52,709 nucleotides of DNA from Oscillospiraceae bacterium (GTDB lineage Bacteria; Bacillota; Clostridia; Oscillospirales; Acutalibacteraceae), in contig SVPK01000001.1 of assembly GCA_015065875.1 (NCBI GenBank), positions 1 through 52,709 on the forward strand, read 5' to 3'. Below the pieces are notes generated by a model. It was not told the origin of the DNA. It saw nothing but the letters and a program-made list of their open reading frames with translations, and searched no databases. The position numbers and the translations under genes are program-made. Shown here in pieces: positions 32,663 to 45,888 of this stretch; the first letter of the stretch is position 1; each line of letters begins with the position of its first letter.

Positions 32663-34118
32663 CGAGGAACTTATAAACGGAATCGGAAATATTGATGATG
32701 ACATTATTGCGATAACCGCAATATCCCGCAAAAAGCGGAGCAAAAAGCCGCTTATTATTAAGTTAACCGCTATGGCGGCCTGCGTTTGCCTTATTTTATC
32801 GGCGGTATTTTTCCTGCCGCCCCCAAAAGAAGCAGAGGGCGGGGGCAGTTTAATTGCCCCGATGACTACATTGGCTCTTGAGGCAGAATATCCAACGATG
32901 CCGCAATATCCCAATGATGCCCTAGCTGAGGAAAACTGGGATGATTACAATGCTGCAATGAACGAATGGCGTTCATATAATCGCGAGGTTTGCGGATATC
33001 CAACCCAAGCGCAGTTGCACGGTGTTGATAAGTTTTTGGTAAATACCGCGGCCGCATTTTTAAAAACAAACAATGGCGAAAACGCTTTATATTCGCCGAT
33101 GAATGTTTATTTTGCGCTCAGTATGCTTGCTGAAACCGCCGAGGGAGAAACCCGCTCCCAAATTTTAAATGTTTTAGGTTTTGATTCGCTTGAAAGTCTG
33201 CGCCAAGCAGTTAATGTTATTTGGAAGGCGAATTACCGCGATGATGGTTCGGTAAAATCGCTTTTTGCTAACTCGGTTTGGCTTAATAATCAGCTTGAGT
33301 ATAATAGCGAGGTTCTTAACATTTTCAAGGATAAATATTATGCCTCCTCATATAGCGGAACTATGGGTTCGCCCGAATACGATGAGGCGCTTAAGCTTTG
33401 GATTAATACCCAAACAGGTGACCTGTTATCCGAATCTGTTAAAAATCTAGAGGGCTTTAATCCCGATACAGTCTTTGCCCTGGCCAGTACTGTTTATTTT
33501 AAAGCATCATGGTCTGATAAATTTATTTCCACCTATAATACTAATGAAATTTTCCATAGCGCTAAAGGCGATGTTGAATGTGAATTTATGAACCAAAGCC
33601 GAAGCGATACTTACTATCGCGGCGAAAACTTTGGCGCAATATCCAAAAGTATGAGAAATTACGGCAGAATGTATTTTATACTGCCGGATGAGGGAACAAC
33701 TCCCGAAAACCTGATAAGCGATGGAGATGTTTTAGAGTTTATCGTCAGCCCCGGCGAAAACACCGAGCAGAGCCATCCATTAATTAATATGAAGGTTCCT
33801 AAATTTGATGTTACGGCCGACCTTTCGCTTATCGACGGACTAAAGGAAATCGGTGTTATAGATGCCTTCGACCCCGACAAAGCAGATTTATCGACAATAA
33901 CCGATATTTCTTCGTATGTTAACCGAGTTGACCATTCGGCAAGGGTAACAATAGATGAGGAAGGCTGCGAAGCGGCGGCATTTACTTTGATTGCTGCCGA
34001 TGCAGGTTCTTCATTGCCCAAAGACGAAATCGATTTTTACCTTGACCGACCCTTTATCTTTGTTATAACTTCGCCTATAAATACTCCGCTATTTATTGGA
34101 ATAGTTAATAACCCCTAA
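32655..34118 (+). CDS. Membrane-anchored serpin (short cytoplasmic N-terminus, one TM helix, extracytoplasmic serpin domain)
   Basis: Start overlaps the sigma gene stop (ATGAATAA). TM LTAMAACVCLILSAVFFL. Serpin motifs NALYSPMNVYFALSMLAETAEGETRSQI. Hinge/RCL IDEEGCEAAAFTLIAADAGSS. DRPFIFVI. Confidence 0.8.
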   Translation: MNNEELINGIGNIDDDIIAITAISRKKRSKKPLIIKLTAMAACVCLILSAVFFLPPPKEAEGGGSLIAPMTTLALEAEYPTMPQYPNDALAEENWDDYNAAMNEWRSYNREVCGYPTQAQLHGVDKFLVNTAAAFLKTNNGENALYSPMNVYFALSMLAETAEGETRSQILNVLGFDSLESLRQAVNVIWKANYRDDGSVKSLFANSVWLNNQLEYNSEVLNIFKDKYYASSYSGTMGSPEYDEALKLWINTQTGDLLSESVKNLEGFNPDTVFALASTVYFKASWSDKFISTYNTNEIFHSAKGDVECEFMNQSRSDTYYRGENFGAISKSMRNYGRMYFILPDEGTTPENLISDGDVLEFIVSPGENTEQSHPLINMKVPKFDVTADLSLIDGLKEIGVIDAFDPDKADLSTITDISSYVNRVDHSARVTIDEEGCEAAAFTLIAADAGSSLPKDEIDFYLDRPFIFVITSPINTPLFIGIVNNP

Positions 34119-34156
34119 AAAAAGAACTCCTTCGGGAAACCGAGGGAGTTCTTTTT
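34117..34156. terminator. Bidirectional terminator
   Basis: GAACTCCTTCGG/CCGAGGGAGTTC hairpin flanked by A and T runs. Confidence 0.8.
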
Positions 34157-34158
34157 AA

Positions 34159-35265
34159 TTAGTATAGCAAATCGCGGAATTTAAGATGGTCGAGCTTTTT
34201 ATTGCCCGAACGGGTATGAGCCATTAAAACGGCGGCTATGCGGTTTTCGGGGTCGAATAGGGTATAACTGCCTGCGGCGCCATCCCATCCGAATTCACCG
34301 AGGGGACTTTTAGCGCCAGTTTCTTTGGAGATTAGGGTTCTAACTCCGAGACCATAACCGTAGCCGTAGTCATTAAGGCGAAACTCATGCCTATTTTTAT
34401 CGGTTAGGAAATCGCGTCGCATTAGGTTAACAGTATCTTCGGATAAAATTCTATTACCGTTTGCGCCAAGGCCCAAATTTGCCATTGCATTTGCAAATTT
34501 TTGATAATCATTTATATCGCTGATAAGACCGTAGCCGCCCGATTCATAATACTTTGTCGGTCCAAGGCAGAATTCCTTTGGCAGGGTATAAAATTGTTCC
34601 TTCGCCTCATCCCACATAAACATATCGGCAATATGCTCATTCATATATGCATCGAGATTAAAGCGGATATGCTCCATTGAAAGCGGTTCAAAAATGTTCT
34701 GCTTTAGGTATTCATAAAATGTAAGGCCGCTGATTTTTTCGATTATAACCGCGAGTGCCTCATGTGAGCGGCAGGCATAAAGCCAATGCTCTCCCGCTTT
34801 AAACGATAGGGGAATATCCAAAACGGTTGCCTTAAAGACTTCGCTTGTTGAAAGCTCGGAATCAACCGCCTTTTTATATACCTCTCCGCCACAGTCATAA
34901 TTAAACCCGGCCGACATATTAAAGAGGTGCCAAACCAAAATATCAGAACCTGCTTCTATTTCGCCATTCTCGTTTTTGAGCTTTGCCTCGCTAAAATAGG
35001 GAAGGTATTTTGAAACAGGCGCATAAATATCGAGCAGGCCGCGTTCAAAAAGCTGCAGAGCAGCGGCGCAGGTTATGGGCTTTGTTAGCGAATAGATATA
35101 AAAGGCATCGCTAAAATCGGCAGCTCTTTTATGAGCCTCATCGCTATAACCGCCCTTATAGGAAAAGATTTCCTCATAGTTTTTATATACCTTAACAAGA
35201 AGCTCTTTTCCATCCGATGATGTAACAACATCATTTAAGTATTCAATAAGTTTATTTTTATCCAT
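34159..35265 (-). CDS. Serine hydrolase, beta-lactamase/esterase (class C-like) family
   Basis: SxxK motif in YIYSLTKPIT. 368 aa. Confidence 0.75.
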   Translation of the reverse strand: MDKNKLIEYLNDVVTSSDGKELLVKVYKNYEEIFSYKGGYSDEAHKRAADFSDAFYIYSLTKPITCAAALQLFERGLLDIYAPVSKYLPYFSEAKLKNENGEIEAGSDILVWHLFNMSAGFNYDCGGEVYKKAVDSELSTSEVFKATVLDIPLSFKAGEHWLYACRSHEALAVIIEKISGLTFYEYLKQNIFEPLSMEHIRFNLDAYMNEHIADMFMWDEAKEQFYTLPKEFCLGPTKYYESGGYGLISDINDYQKFANAMANLGLGANGNRILSEDTVNLMRRDFLTDKNRHEFRLNDYGYGYGLGVRTLISKETGAKSPLGEFGWDGAAGSYTLFDPENRIAAVLMAHTRSGNKKLDHLKFRDLLY

Positions 35266-35268
35266 TTT

Positions 35269-38424
<3,156 letters not shown>

Positions 38425-38465
38425 CTAACTATTTGACAATTATAGCTTTAAGACTTATAATAACA

Positions 38466-39341
38466 ATGGTGATGATTATGTATTCAAATTCGGGTTATAT
38501 CGACCTTTCGCTTAGAAAATATGACCGCGCTTATGTTGATTTAAGCAAAGATTTTGTTGTTGGCTCAAGTGGACAAACCTTTATTAAGGGTGGCTTTTCG
38601 GGGCATTCAACGGTTCGAGAAAACGGCCGTGAGGATTATCAGCTTTTGTATGTGTCCAAAGGTGAATACCGTTTTGTTTTTGATGGAACAGAGGTAAAGG
38701 TTTTGCCCGGAATGGTGGCGCTTTATCGTCCCGGTGAGGCACAGAAATACTATATGGTCGGCGATGCAGATACCGAAATTTTTTGGACCCATTTTACGGG
38801 CTATGATTGTGAAAAGTATTTAAAAGAGCTTGGGTTTAATCATAGCGGTGTTTATACTGTTGGCGGCAATGAAAAGTTTTTGATTCTTTATAAATGGATT
38901 ATAAAGGAGCTTCAACTTAAGCGCGAAAACTATATAACAATTGCAACTGGATATTTTAAGCAGTTGCTTTATTTAATGTCGCGCAATTATAACTCAGGCA
39001 ATGAGCAGAATAGCGAAACCCATTTTGCCGAGGCGGCTATGCTATATTTTTATCGCAATTTTAGTAGCAATATTTCGATCGATGAATATGCGGTTTCGCA
39101 AAATATAACTCCGTGTTGGCTTCGCAGATGCTTTAAAAAGCATACCGGTGTTTCTCCGCAACAGTTCATTAATGATATAAGGCTTTCATATGCGAGAGAA
39201 TTACTGCTTACAACAGATTTAAAAATTTCAGAAATTTCAGAGCGCTGCGGATATGAAAATCCATTTTATTTTAGCCGTATTTTTGCTAAAAGCATAGGTT
39301 GCTCACCAATCCAATTCAAAAAGAATAATACTCAAAAATAA
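38466..39341 (+). CDS. AraC-family transcriptional regulator, divergent from lacZ
   Basis: Cupin-like N-terminal half. C-terminal AraC HTH: ISEISERCGYENPFYFSRIFAKSIGCSP. The start (38466, 38472 or 38478) is uncertain. Confidence 0.85.
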   Translation: MVMIMYSNSGYIDLSLRKYDRAYVDLSKDFVVGSSGQTFIKGGFSGHSTVRENGREDYQLLYVSKGEYRFVFDGTEVKVLPGMVALYRPGEAQKYYMVGDADTEIFWTHFTGYDCEKYLKELGFNHSGVYTVGGNEKFLILYKWIIKELQLKRENYITIATGYFKQLLYLMSRNYNSGNEQNSETHFAEAAMLYFYRNFSSNISIDEYAVSQNITPCWLRRCFKKHTGVSPQQFINDIRLSYARELLLTTDLKISEISERCGYENPFYFSRIFAKSIGCSPIQFKKNNTQK

Positions 39342-39468
39342 CAAAACTGTCCATTGGTTTTTCCGATGGGCAGTTTTATTCTGTTTTTAACATAATTTTT
39401 GCCCTATTTGCGACATAATTTATCGTCGCCGGGGTTTATAATTAATAACGAAAAGTGAGGCGATTGAA

Positions 39469-40302
39469 ATGATAATTTATCTTGATGTTTTGGTCGCTCT
39501 TAATACGATTGTTACATATTTTATCCTTTTAGCAACGCGCAGACTTTCCAACGCATCGGTAAGAACTATTAGGCTTGCGGCGGCTGCATTGCTTGGGGGA
39601 TTTAGTTCACTTTATATTTTTTTGCCGCAACAGAAATTCATTTTTGAAGCTTTAATAAAACTTTTATTTAGCGCAGTTATAGTTATGGTTTCATTCGGCT
39701 TTGGAACACCTAAAAAATACTTAAGGTGCGTTTTTTCTTTTTTTGCTGTTTCATTTATTTATGCGGGATTTATGCTCGCATTTTGGTATGTTGCAAAACC
39801 AAACGGCATGGTTATTAACAATGGTGTTGTATATTTTTCGATATCGCCGATTGTTTTGATATTATCAACAGTTATTTGCTATTTTGTGATTGTAATAGCG
39901 CAAAAGTTTTACAATCGTCAGGATATTAATGCAACTAAAAAAACAGTAAATTTATTGCGCGCGGGAAGTGAGTTTTCGTTTGAATGTATGATTGATACCG
40001 GAAATTCAATCAGCGACCCACTGGGAAATTCAAAAATAATTATACTGGGGAAAAAGGCATCAGTTGAGGTATTCGGGAAGGAAAATATTGAAAAATTTTT
40101 GGAGATTTCGCCGCAGATATCCCCGAATTTTAAATATCGATTAATACCATATGAAACCGCAACGGGCGAATCGATTTTGCCAATTGTTATGATAGATGGT
40201 GCGGTGGTGGACGGTAAGAATATCGGTAATGTTGCGGTTGGAATACTGAATAGCGAATTTTCGGATTTTGATGGGATTATTTCTCCTGCATTTTTTGATT
40301 GA
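39469..40302 (+). CDS. spoIIGA: Sigma-E processing peptidase SpoIIGA
   Basis: MIIYLDVLVALN N-terminus, five TM segments, aspartic protease motif IDTGNSISDP. Confidence 0.9.
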   Translation: MIIYLDVLVALNTIVTYFILLATRRLSNASVRTIRLAAAALLGGFSSLYIFLPQQKFIFEALIKLLFSAVIVMVSFGFGTPKKYLRCVFSFFAVSFIYAGFMLAFWYVAKPNGMVINNGVVYFSISPIVLILSTVICYFVIVIAQKFYNRQDINATKKTVNLLRAGSEFSFECMIDTGNSISDPLGNSKIIILGKKASVEVFGKENIEKFLEISPQISPNFKYRLIPYETATGESILPIVMIDGAVVDGKNIGNVAVGILNSEFSDFDGIISPAFFD

Positions 40303-40315
40303 GTGGTGTTGAATT

Positions 40316-41023
40316 ATGATATTTTTTAAAGGACTGATTGCAAAGCTTTCGATAAAACTCGGACTAATTTCGGGGCTATATTACATAAACGGGCCGGAGG
40401 TTTTACCGCCTCCGCTCACTACCGATGAAGAGAACAAACTCTATGCCGAGCACATCGATGACCCGGAGTTTATCAGAAATAAACTTATAACGCATAATTT
40501 GCGATTGGTGGTTTATATTGCGAGAAAATTTGATTGCTCGAGCGCCGGTGTTGAGGACCTTATTTCGATAGGAACGATTGGCCTTATTAAAGCGGTTAAC
40601 ACCTTTAACCCCGAAAAGAAAATCAAGCTCGCAACCTATGCCTCGCGATGCATCGAAAACGAGATTCTTATGTATCTTCGCAAAACCTCTAACCAAAAAA
40701 GTGAGATTTCGATTGATGAGCCGCTTAATGTTGATTGGGATGGAAACGAATTGTTGCTATCGGATATTCTCGGTAGTGATGTTGATGAAATAAGTAGGGG
40801 ACTGGAGCAGGAGGATGAAAAGAAACTGCTTCATACATTGGTTGATACTCTGCATCCGCGAGAAAAACAGATAATGGAGATGCGATTTGGCATGAATGGG
40901 TATGAGGAATATACCCAAAAGCAGGTTGCAGATGCTCTTTCAATATCGCAATCATATATTTCGAGGCTCGAAAAAAGAATTATCCAAAAATTAAAGAGAG
41001 AGATAGAGAAGGCGGCTATGTAG
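40316..41023 (+). CDS. sigE: Sporulation sigma factor SigE (pro-sigma-E)
   Basis: Pro-sequence followed by [27 protein letters not shown] and [34 protein letters not shown]. Confidence 0.9.
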   Translation: MIFFKGLIAKLSIKLGLISGLYYINGPEVLPPPLTTDEENKLYAEHIDDPEFIRNKLITHNLRLVVYIARKFDCSSAGVEDLISIGTIGLIKAVNTFNPEKKIKLATYASRCIENEILMYLRKTSNQKSEISIDEPLNVDWDGNELLLSDILGSDVDEISRGLEQEDEKKLLHTLVDTLHPREKQIMEMRFGMNGYEEYTQKQVADALSISQSYISRLEKRIIQKLKREIEKAAM

Positions 41024-41085
41024 TCGCTTTTCTATTTATCGTTGCAACCGTGGAAGGATTTTGATATAATACATTCGGTGATTTA

Positions 41086-41355
41086 ATGGAGTATTTGGCT
41101 TTATATTTCGGTATCGTTAGTCTGCTCGGCATTGTTATAACGATATATGATAAAAATGCCGCCCGCAAAAGGCGCGGCAGAATAAGCGAAAAAACATTAC
41201 TGCTTTGTGCGGCTTTTGGTGCGGCAACGGCTATGTTTGTTTCTATGCAGTTTATAAGGCATAAAACTCGCCATAACAACTTTTTACTGATAATGCCGAT
41301 TTTCATGGTTTTGCACGTTGCATTAATTGTTGCCGCCTCACAAATTATCGCTTGA
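41086..41355 (+). CDS. DUF1294-family small membrane protein
   Basis: YDKNAARKRRGRISEKTLLLCAAFGAATAMFVSMQFIRHKTRH. Confidence 0.75.
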   Translation: MEYLALYFGIVSLLGIVITIYDKNAARKRRGRISEKTLLLCAAFGAATAMFVSMQFIRHKTRHNNFLLIMPIFMVLHVALIVAASQIIA

Positions 41356-41379
41356 CAGCGAAAAACATTATGATATAAT
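41352..41379 (+). promoter_or_regulatory. Promoter of the FMN riboswitch-ribU unit
   Basis: TTGACA (41352-41357), 16 nt, TGATATAAT extended -10. Confidence 0.65.
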
Positions 41380-41384
41380 TAGTT

Positions 41385-41545
41385 TGTCTTCAGGGCGGGG
41401 TGAAAGTCCCCACCGGCGGTTATAGCCCGCGAACCTTATGGTTGATTCGGTGAGATTCCGAAGCCGACGGTATAGTCCGGATGGAAGAAGAAATCTATTT
41501 TTTGATTTTTTATGCCCGTGGATTTTCCGCGGGCTTTTTATTTTG
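41385..41545 (+). promoter_or_regulatory. FMN riboswitch (RFN element) with terminator
   Basis: CTTCAGGGCGGGGTGAAAGTCCCCACCGGCGGT..AGCCCGCGA..GGTGAGATTCCGAAGCCGACGGTATAGTCCGGATGGAAGAAG. Terminator GCCCGTGG/CCGCGGGC plus T run. Confidence 0.92.
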
Positions 41546-41555
41546 AGGTGAAATT

Positions 41556-42224
41556 ATGAATACTAAAACCGAAAACAGAAAAATTACCGTTACTGCGCTT
41601 TTTTGCGCGATGGCATATCTAATGACCTTTATTTTTCACTTTAGGGTCTCGTTTTTAACATTGGATTTTAAAGATGCAATTTTAGCCATAAATGCTTTGC
41701 TTTTCGGGCCTGTTTATGGGTTTATTTCTGCCGTTTCGGTTGCCGTTCTCGAAACCTTAACCTTTGGCGGCGATACGCAGGTATATGGTCTTATTATGAA
41801 CATTATCTCAAGCGGAACCTTTGTTTTAGTTTGCGGAAGCATTTATAAATACCGTCGCACCTTTGGGGGAGCCGTTGTCGGAATAATACTTTCGGTGCTT
41901 GCGGTTACGGGTGTTATGATGATTGCAAATATCTTTATAACTCCTTATTACATGGGTGTGCCATCGGGTGAAATTATTAAGATTATTCCCAAACTGCTTT
42001 TGCCGTTCAACCTGTGTAAGAGCGCAATTAATGCGGCAGTCGCTATGATACTGTATAAGCCGATGACTAATGTTTTAAGAAAAGCAGGATTGCTTGTCGG
42101 AGAAAAAGCCGCAAGACATAATGTTAAATCGTTGGTTATGGTTAGTGTTTCGATTATTGTTATAATTTTGTCGGTTTTGTGTTTGGTTTTATACCTTGAG
42201 GGAGCATTTTCTATTACAAGGTAA
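41556..42224 (+). CDS. ribU: ECF-transporter S component, riboflavin-type
   Basis: Six-TM small membrane protein directly downstream of the FMN riboswitch. Confidence 0.75.
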   Translation: MNTKTENRKITVTALFCAMAYLMTFIFHFRVSFLTLDFKDAILAINALLFGPVYGFISAVSVAVLETLTFGGDTQVYGLIMNIISSGTFVLVCGSIYKYRRTFGGAVVGIILSVLAVTGVMMIANIFITPYYMGVPSGEIIKIIPKLLLPFNLCKSAINAAVAMILYKPMTNVLRKAGLLVGEKAARHNVKSLVMVSVSIIVIILSVLCLVLYLEGAFSITR

Positions 42225-42233
42225 GAATTTCTA

Positions 42234-42262
42234 TTGACAAAATTCGCGTGCGTGTATATAAT
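42234..42262 (+). promoter_or_regulatory. Promoter of the SAM riboswitch-metK unit
   Basis: TTGACA (42234-42239), 17 nt, TATAAT (42257-42262). Confidence 0.75.
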
Positions 42263-42283
42263 TATTTAGCAAATTAAATATTA

Positions 42284-42399
42284 CCCTTATCAAGAGTGGC
42301 GGAGGGACAGGCCCAATGATGCCCGGCAACCTGTTTTACAAGGTGCTAATTCCTGAAGATGAGGTCATTTGCCCGCCTCATATAAAGGCGGGTTTTTTT
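42284..42399 (+). promoter_or_regulatory. SAM-I (S-box) riboswitch with terminator
   Basis: CTTATCAAGAGTGGCGGAGGGACAGGCCCAATGATGCCCGGCAACC..GGTGCTAATTCC. Terminator GCCCGCCT/AGGCGGG plus T run. Confidence 0.92.
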
Positions 42400-42411
42400 A
42401 TGGAGGATAAT

Positions 42412-43593
42412 ATGAAAAACTTTTTATTCACATCCGAATCGGTAACAGAGGGACATCCCGATAAGGTTTGCGATGGAATTTCCGATGCGGTTCTCGATGC
42501 AATTATTGCACAGGATAAAAATGCCCGCGTTGCTTGCGAGAGCTTTTGCACCACCGATATCGTTAATGTTATGGGAGAGATAACAACCTCTGCTGATGTT
42601 GATATTGAAAAAATCGTTCGTGATACCGTTTGTGAGATTGGATATACAGGAACTGATGCCTGCTTTGACGGTAATACCTGCAAGGTTATCGTAAATATCG
42701 ATAAGCAATCTCCCGATATTGCTCTCGGCGTTGATAAGTCGCTTGAGATTAAGAGCGGTGAGGATGATGAGCTCAACCTTCATGGTGCAGGCGACCAGGG
42801 AATTATGTTCGGTTATGCCTGCAACGAGACCGAGGAGCTTATGCCGCTTCCGATTTCGCTTGCACATAAAATGGCCAAAAAGCTTACTGATGTTCGCAAA
42901 AACGGAACCCTTACATATCTTCGTCCCGATGGTAAAACCCAGGTAACGGTTGAATATAAGGATGATAAACCTGCTCGTGTTGATGCTGTTGTTGTTTCGT
43001 CGCAGCATAGCGCGGATATCGACCTTGAAACACTGCGTTCCGATATACTCGAATATGTAATTAAGCCGATTGTTCCTGCAGAGCTTTTTGATGAGAACAC
43101 CAAGGTATTCATCAACCCAACAGGCCGCTTTGTTGTTGGTGGACCTATGGGCGATACAGGTCTTACAGGAAGAAAAATTATTGTTGATACCTATGGTGGT
43201 TACTCTCGTCACGGTGGTGGTGCCTTCTCGGGTAAGGACCCCACAAAGGTTGACCGTTCCGCCGCATATGCTTCTCGTTATATTGCAAAGAATATTGTTG
43301 CCGCGGGGCTTGCCGATAAGTGCGAGGTTCAATTGGCATATGCTATCGGTGTTGCCAGACCCGTTTCTGTAATGGTTGATACCTTTGGAACAGGTAAGGT
43401 TAGTGAAGAGAAGCTATCAGAAGCAGTTAATAAGGTGTTCGACCTTCGCCCCGAGGCCATTATCCGCAACCTCGGACTTCGCAATCCGATATATAAGCAG
43501 CTTGCGGCATATGGCCATATGGGTAGAACCGATTTGGAAGTTAGTTGGGAAAAAACCGATAAAACTTTAGAACTTTTAGCAGCAGTAAAGTAG
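42412..43593 (+). CDS. metK: S-adenosylmethionine synthase
   Basis: [49 protein letters not shown] and [22 protein letters not shown] at 42412 follows GGAGGA. Confidence 0.95.
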   Translation: MKNFLFTSESVTEGHPDKVCDGISDAVLDAIIAQDKNARVACESFCTTDIVNVMGEITTSADVDIEKIVRDTVCEIGYTGTDACFDGNTCKVIVNIDKQSPDIALGVDKSLEIKSGEDDELNLHGAGDQGIMFGYACNETEELMPLPISLAHKMAKKLTDVRKNGTLTYLRPDGKTQVTVEYKDDKPARVDAVVVSSQHSADIDLETLRSDILEYVIKPIVPAELFDENTKVFINPTGRFVVGGPMGDTGLTGRKIIVDTYGGYSRHGGGAFSGKDPTKVDRSAAYASRYIAKNIVAAGLADKCEVQLAYAIGVARPVSVMVDTFGTGKVSEEKLSEAVNKVFDLRPEAIIRNLGLRNPIYKQLAAYGHMGRTDLEVSWEKTDKTLELLAAVK

Positions 43594-43600
43594 TGGTATT

Positions 43601-44428
43601 ATGTTTAAAATTTTAGAGAAAAGAGAACTTAATTCGGCCGTAACGGCTTTGGTGCTCGATGCGCCGCTTATTGCCGCAAAGGTTAAGGCCGGTCAGTTTG
43701 TTATTGTTAAAATCGATGAGGCAGGCGAGCGCATACCGCTGACCGTTGCAGATTTCGATAGCGAACAGGGAACGATTACTATAATTTTCCAGGCCGTTGG
43801 TTATTCGACCAAACGTATGCAACTGCTATCGGTTGGCGATTACATTGCCGATGTCGCGGGTCCGCTTGGTATGCCTACCGAGTTTGGAAGCCCCAAAAGA
43901 GCAATCGTTATTGGCGGCGGCGTTGGTTGCGCTATCGCTTTCCCGCAGGCAAAAACTCTGCATAAAATGGGAGTTTCGGTTGATATTATTGCGGGCTTTA
44001 GAAATAAGGATATTGTTATCCTTGAGGATGAAATGCGTGAGGTTTGCGATAATCTTTATATAACAACCGATGATGGCTCTTATGGCGAAAAGGGACTTGT
44101 CACCGATGTGCTTAAGCGCCTTTTATCGAAGGGCGACTGCGATTTGGTTATCGCAATCGGACCCGTTCCTATGATGAAATTTGTTTCGCTTACAACCAAA
44201 GAATTTGGTGTTAAGACCATTGTTTCATTAAACCCTATAATGATTGATGGAACAGGTATGTGTGGCGGTTGTCGCGTTCGTGTCGGCGGCGAGGTTAAAT
44301 TCGCCTGTGTTGACGGACCTGATTTTGATGGTCACCTTGTTGATTTTGATGGACTGATGCGCCGTAATACCTTCTATAGAGAAGAAGAAAACCATATCTG
44401 CCGTATGGGGGGTGCTCATCTTGGCTAA
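43601..44428 (+). CDS. Sulfide/dihydroorotate dehydrogenase-like FAD/NAD-binding subunit (NfnA-type)
   Basis: KAGQFVIVKIDEAGERIPLTVAD. C-terminal Cys cluster GMCGGCRV..FACVDGP. Confidence 0.75.
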   Translation: MFKILEKRELNSAVTALVLDAPLIAAKVKAGQFVIVKIDEAGERIPLTVADFDSEQGTITIIFQAVGYSTKRMQLLSVGDYIADVAGPLGMPTEFGSPKRAIVIGGGVGCAIAFPQAKTLHKMGVSVDIIAGFRNKDIVILEDEMREVCDNLYITTDDGSYGEKGLVTDVLKRLLSKGDCDLVIAIGPVPMMKFVSLTTKEFGVKTIVSLNPIMIDGTGMCGGCRVRVGGEVKFACVDGPDFDGHLVDFDGLMRRNTFYREEENHICRMGGAHLG

Positions 44429-44429
44429 T

Positions 44430-45800
44430 ATGTCGATGATAAAGGTTCCCATGCCGGAGCAGGACCCCAATATTCGCAATAAGAACTTTTTAGAGGTTTC
44501 CACAGGATATACAGAGGATATGGCCGTTGAGGAGGCAAACCGTTGCTTGCGATGCAAAACACGTCCCTGTATGAGTGGTTGTCCCGTTAATGTAAAAATC
44601 CCCGAATTTATCGAGCTTATTGCTAACCGCGATTTTGAGGGAGCATATAAAAAGATAAAGGAAACCAATGCTTTACCTGCTGTTTGTGGTCGCGTTTGTC
44701 CGCAGGAATCGCAGTGTGAGGGTAAGTGTGTTCGCGGGGTTAAGGGCGAGAGTGTGGCTATTGGCCGCCTTGAGCGCTTTGCCGCCGATTGGCACAGAAA
44801 CAACTCCGAGGACGAAGTTCCGCCCATCATAAAGAATGGTAAAAAGGTTGCGGTTATCGGCGCGGGTCCCTCGGGACTTACCTGTGCGGGTGACCTTGCA
44901 AAACTCGGTTACGAGGTTACTGTTTTTGAGGCATTCCATGCCGCCGGCGGAGTTTTAGTTTATGGTATTCCGGAGTTCCGTCTTCCCAAGGATATTGTTA
45001 AGCAAGAAATTGAGGGCTTAAAAAAGCTTGGTGTTGATATAAAGACCAATATGGTTATTGGAAAAATACTATCGGTTGACGATATTATCGCCATGGGCTA
45101 TAAAGCCGTTTATATCGCTTCGGGCGCCGGCTTGCCGATGTTTATGGGTATTGAAGGCGAGGATTTGGTTGGAGTTTATTCGGCTAATGAGTTTTTAACC
45201 CGCATAAACCTTATGAAGGCCTATCTTGAGGATTATGATACCCCCATCAAGCGCAGCAAAGCGGTTGCAATTATCGGCGGCGGAAACGTTGCTATGGATG
45301 CGGCTCGTTGTGCAAAGCGTTTAGGTGCGGAGCATGTTTATATTATTTATCGTCGCTCAATGGATGAGATGCCTGCTCGCGCAGAGGAGGTTCATCATGC
45401 TTTTGAGGAAGGAATTGAGTTTAAGATTTTAACCAATCCAACCAAAATTTTGGGCGATGAAAAGGGATATGTTAATGCCATTGAATGTATTAGCATGGAG
45501 CTTGGTGAGCCTGATGCGTCGGGTCGTCGCCGTCCCAATCCTGTTGAGGGCTCGGAATTTACTATCCCTGTTGATAGTGTCATCATGGCGCTCGGAACCT
45601 CTCCGAATCCGCTTATCAGAACAACAACAAGCGGTATTGACGCCAATAAGCGCGGATGCTTAATTGTTGATGATAATCTGCAAACAACCAAAGAGGGTGT
45701 TTATGCAGGCGGCGATGCCGTTACGGGAGCTGCAACCGTTATTTTGGCAATGGGAGCAGGTAAAAAAGCGGCAGAATCAATTAACGAATATTTATCATAA
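44430..45800 (+). CDS. NADPH-dependent glutamate-synthase-like oxidoreductase (NfnB/GltA-small type)
   Basis: Two Fe-S Cys motifs, CLRCKTRPC..GCPV and CGRVCPQESQCEGKC. GxGxxG VAVIGAGPSGL. Confidence 0.8.
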   Translation: MSMIKVPMPEQDPNIRNKNFLEVSTGYTEDMAVEEANRCLRCKTRPCMSGCPVNVKIPEFIELIANRDFEGAYKKIKETNALPAVCGRVCPQESQCEGKCVRGVKGESVAIGRLERFAADWHRNNSEDEVPPIIKNGKKVAVIGAGPSGLTCAGDLAKLGYEVTVFEAFHAAGGVLVYGIPEFRLPKDIVKQEIEGLKKLGVDIKTNMVIGKILSVDDIIAMGYKAVYIASGAGLPMFMGIEGEDLVGVYSANEFLTRINLMKAYLEDYDTPIKRSKAVAIIGGGNVAMDAARCAKRLGAEHVYIIYRRSMDEMPARAEEVHHAFEEGIEFKILTNPTKILGDEKGYVNAIECISMELGEPDASGRRRPNPVEGSEFTIPVDSVIMALGTSPNPLIRTTTSGIDANKRGCLIVDDNLQTTKEGVYAGGDAVTGAATVILAMGAGKKAAESINEYLS

Positions 45801-45888
45801 TAAAAAACCGTCGATGCCTATGGCATTCGGCGGTTTTATTCATATTTTCCTTCAAAGCTTTATAAATTTATAAAAAGGAGGTTTAAAT

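Noticed and set aside
42424-43332. 302-aa minus-strand ORF. Similar long antisense ORFs occur at 24215-24790, 16678-17244, 25749-26342 and 44228-44830.
   Set aside because: Each is antisense to a gene with unmistakable motifs (metK, lysA, the FAD oxidoreductase, feoB, nfnAB-like). These are shadow ORFs.
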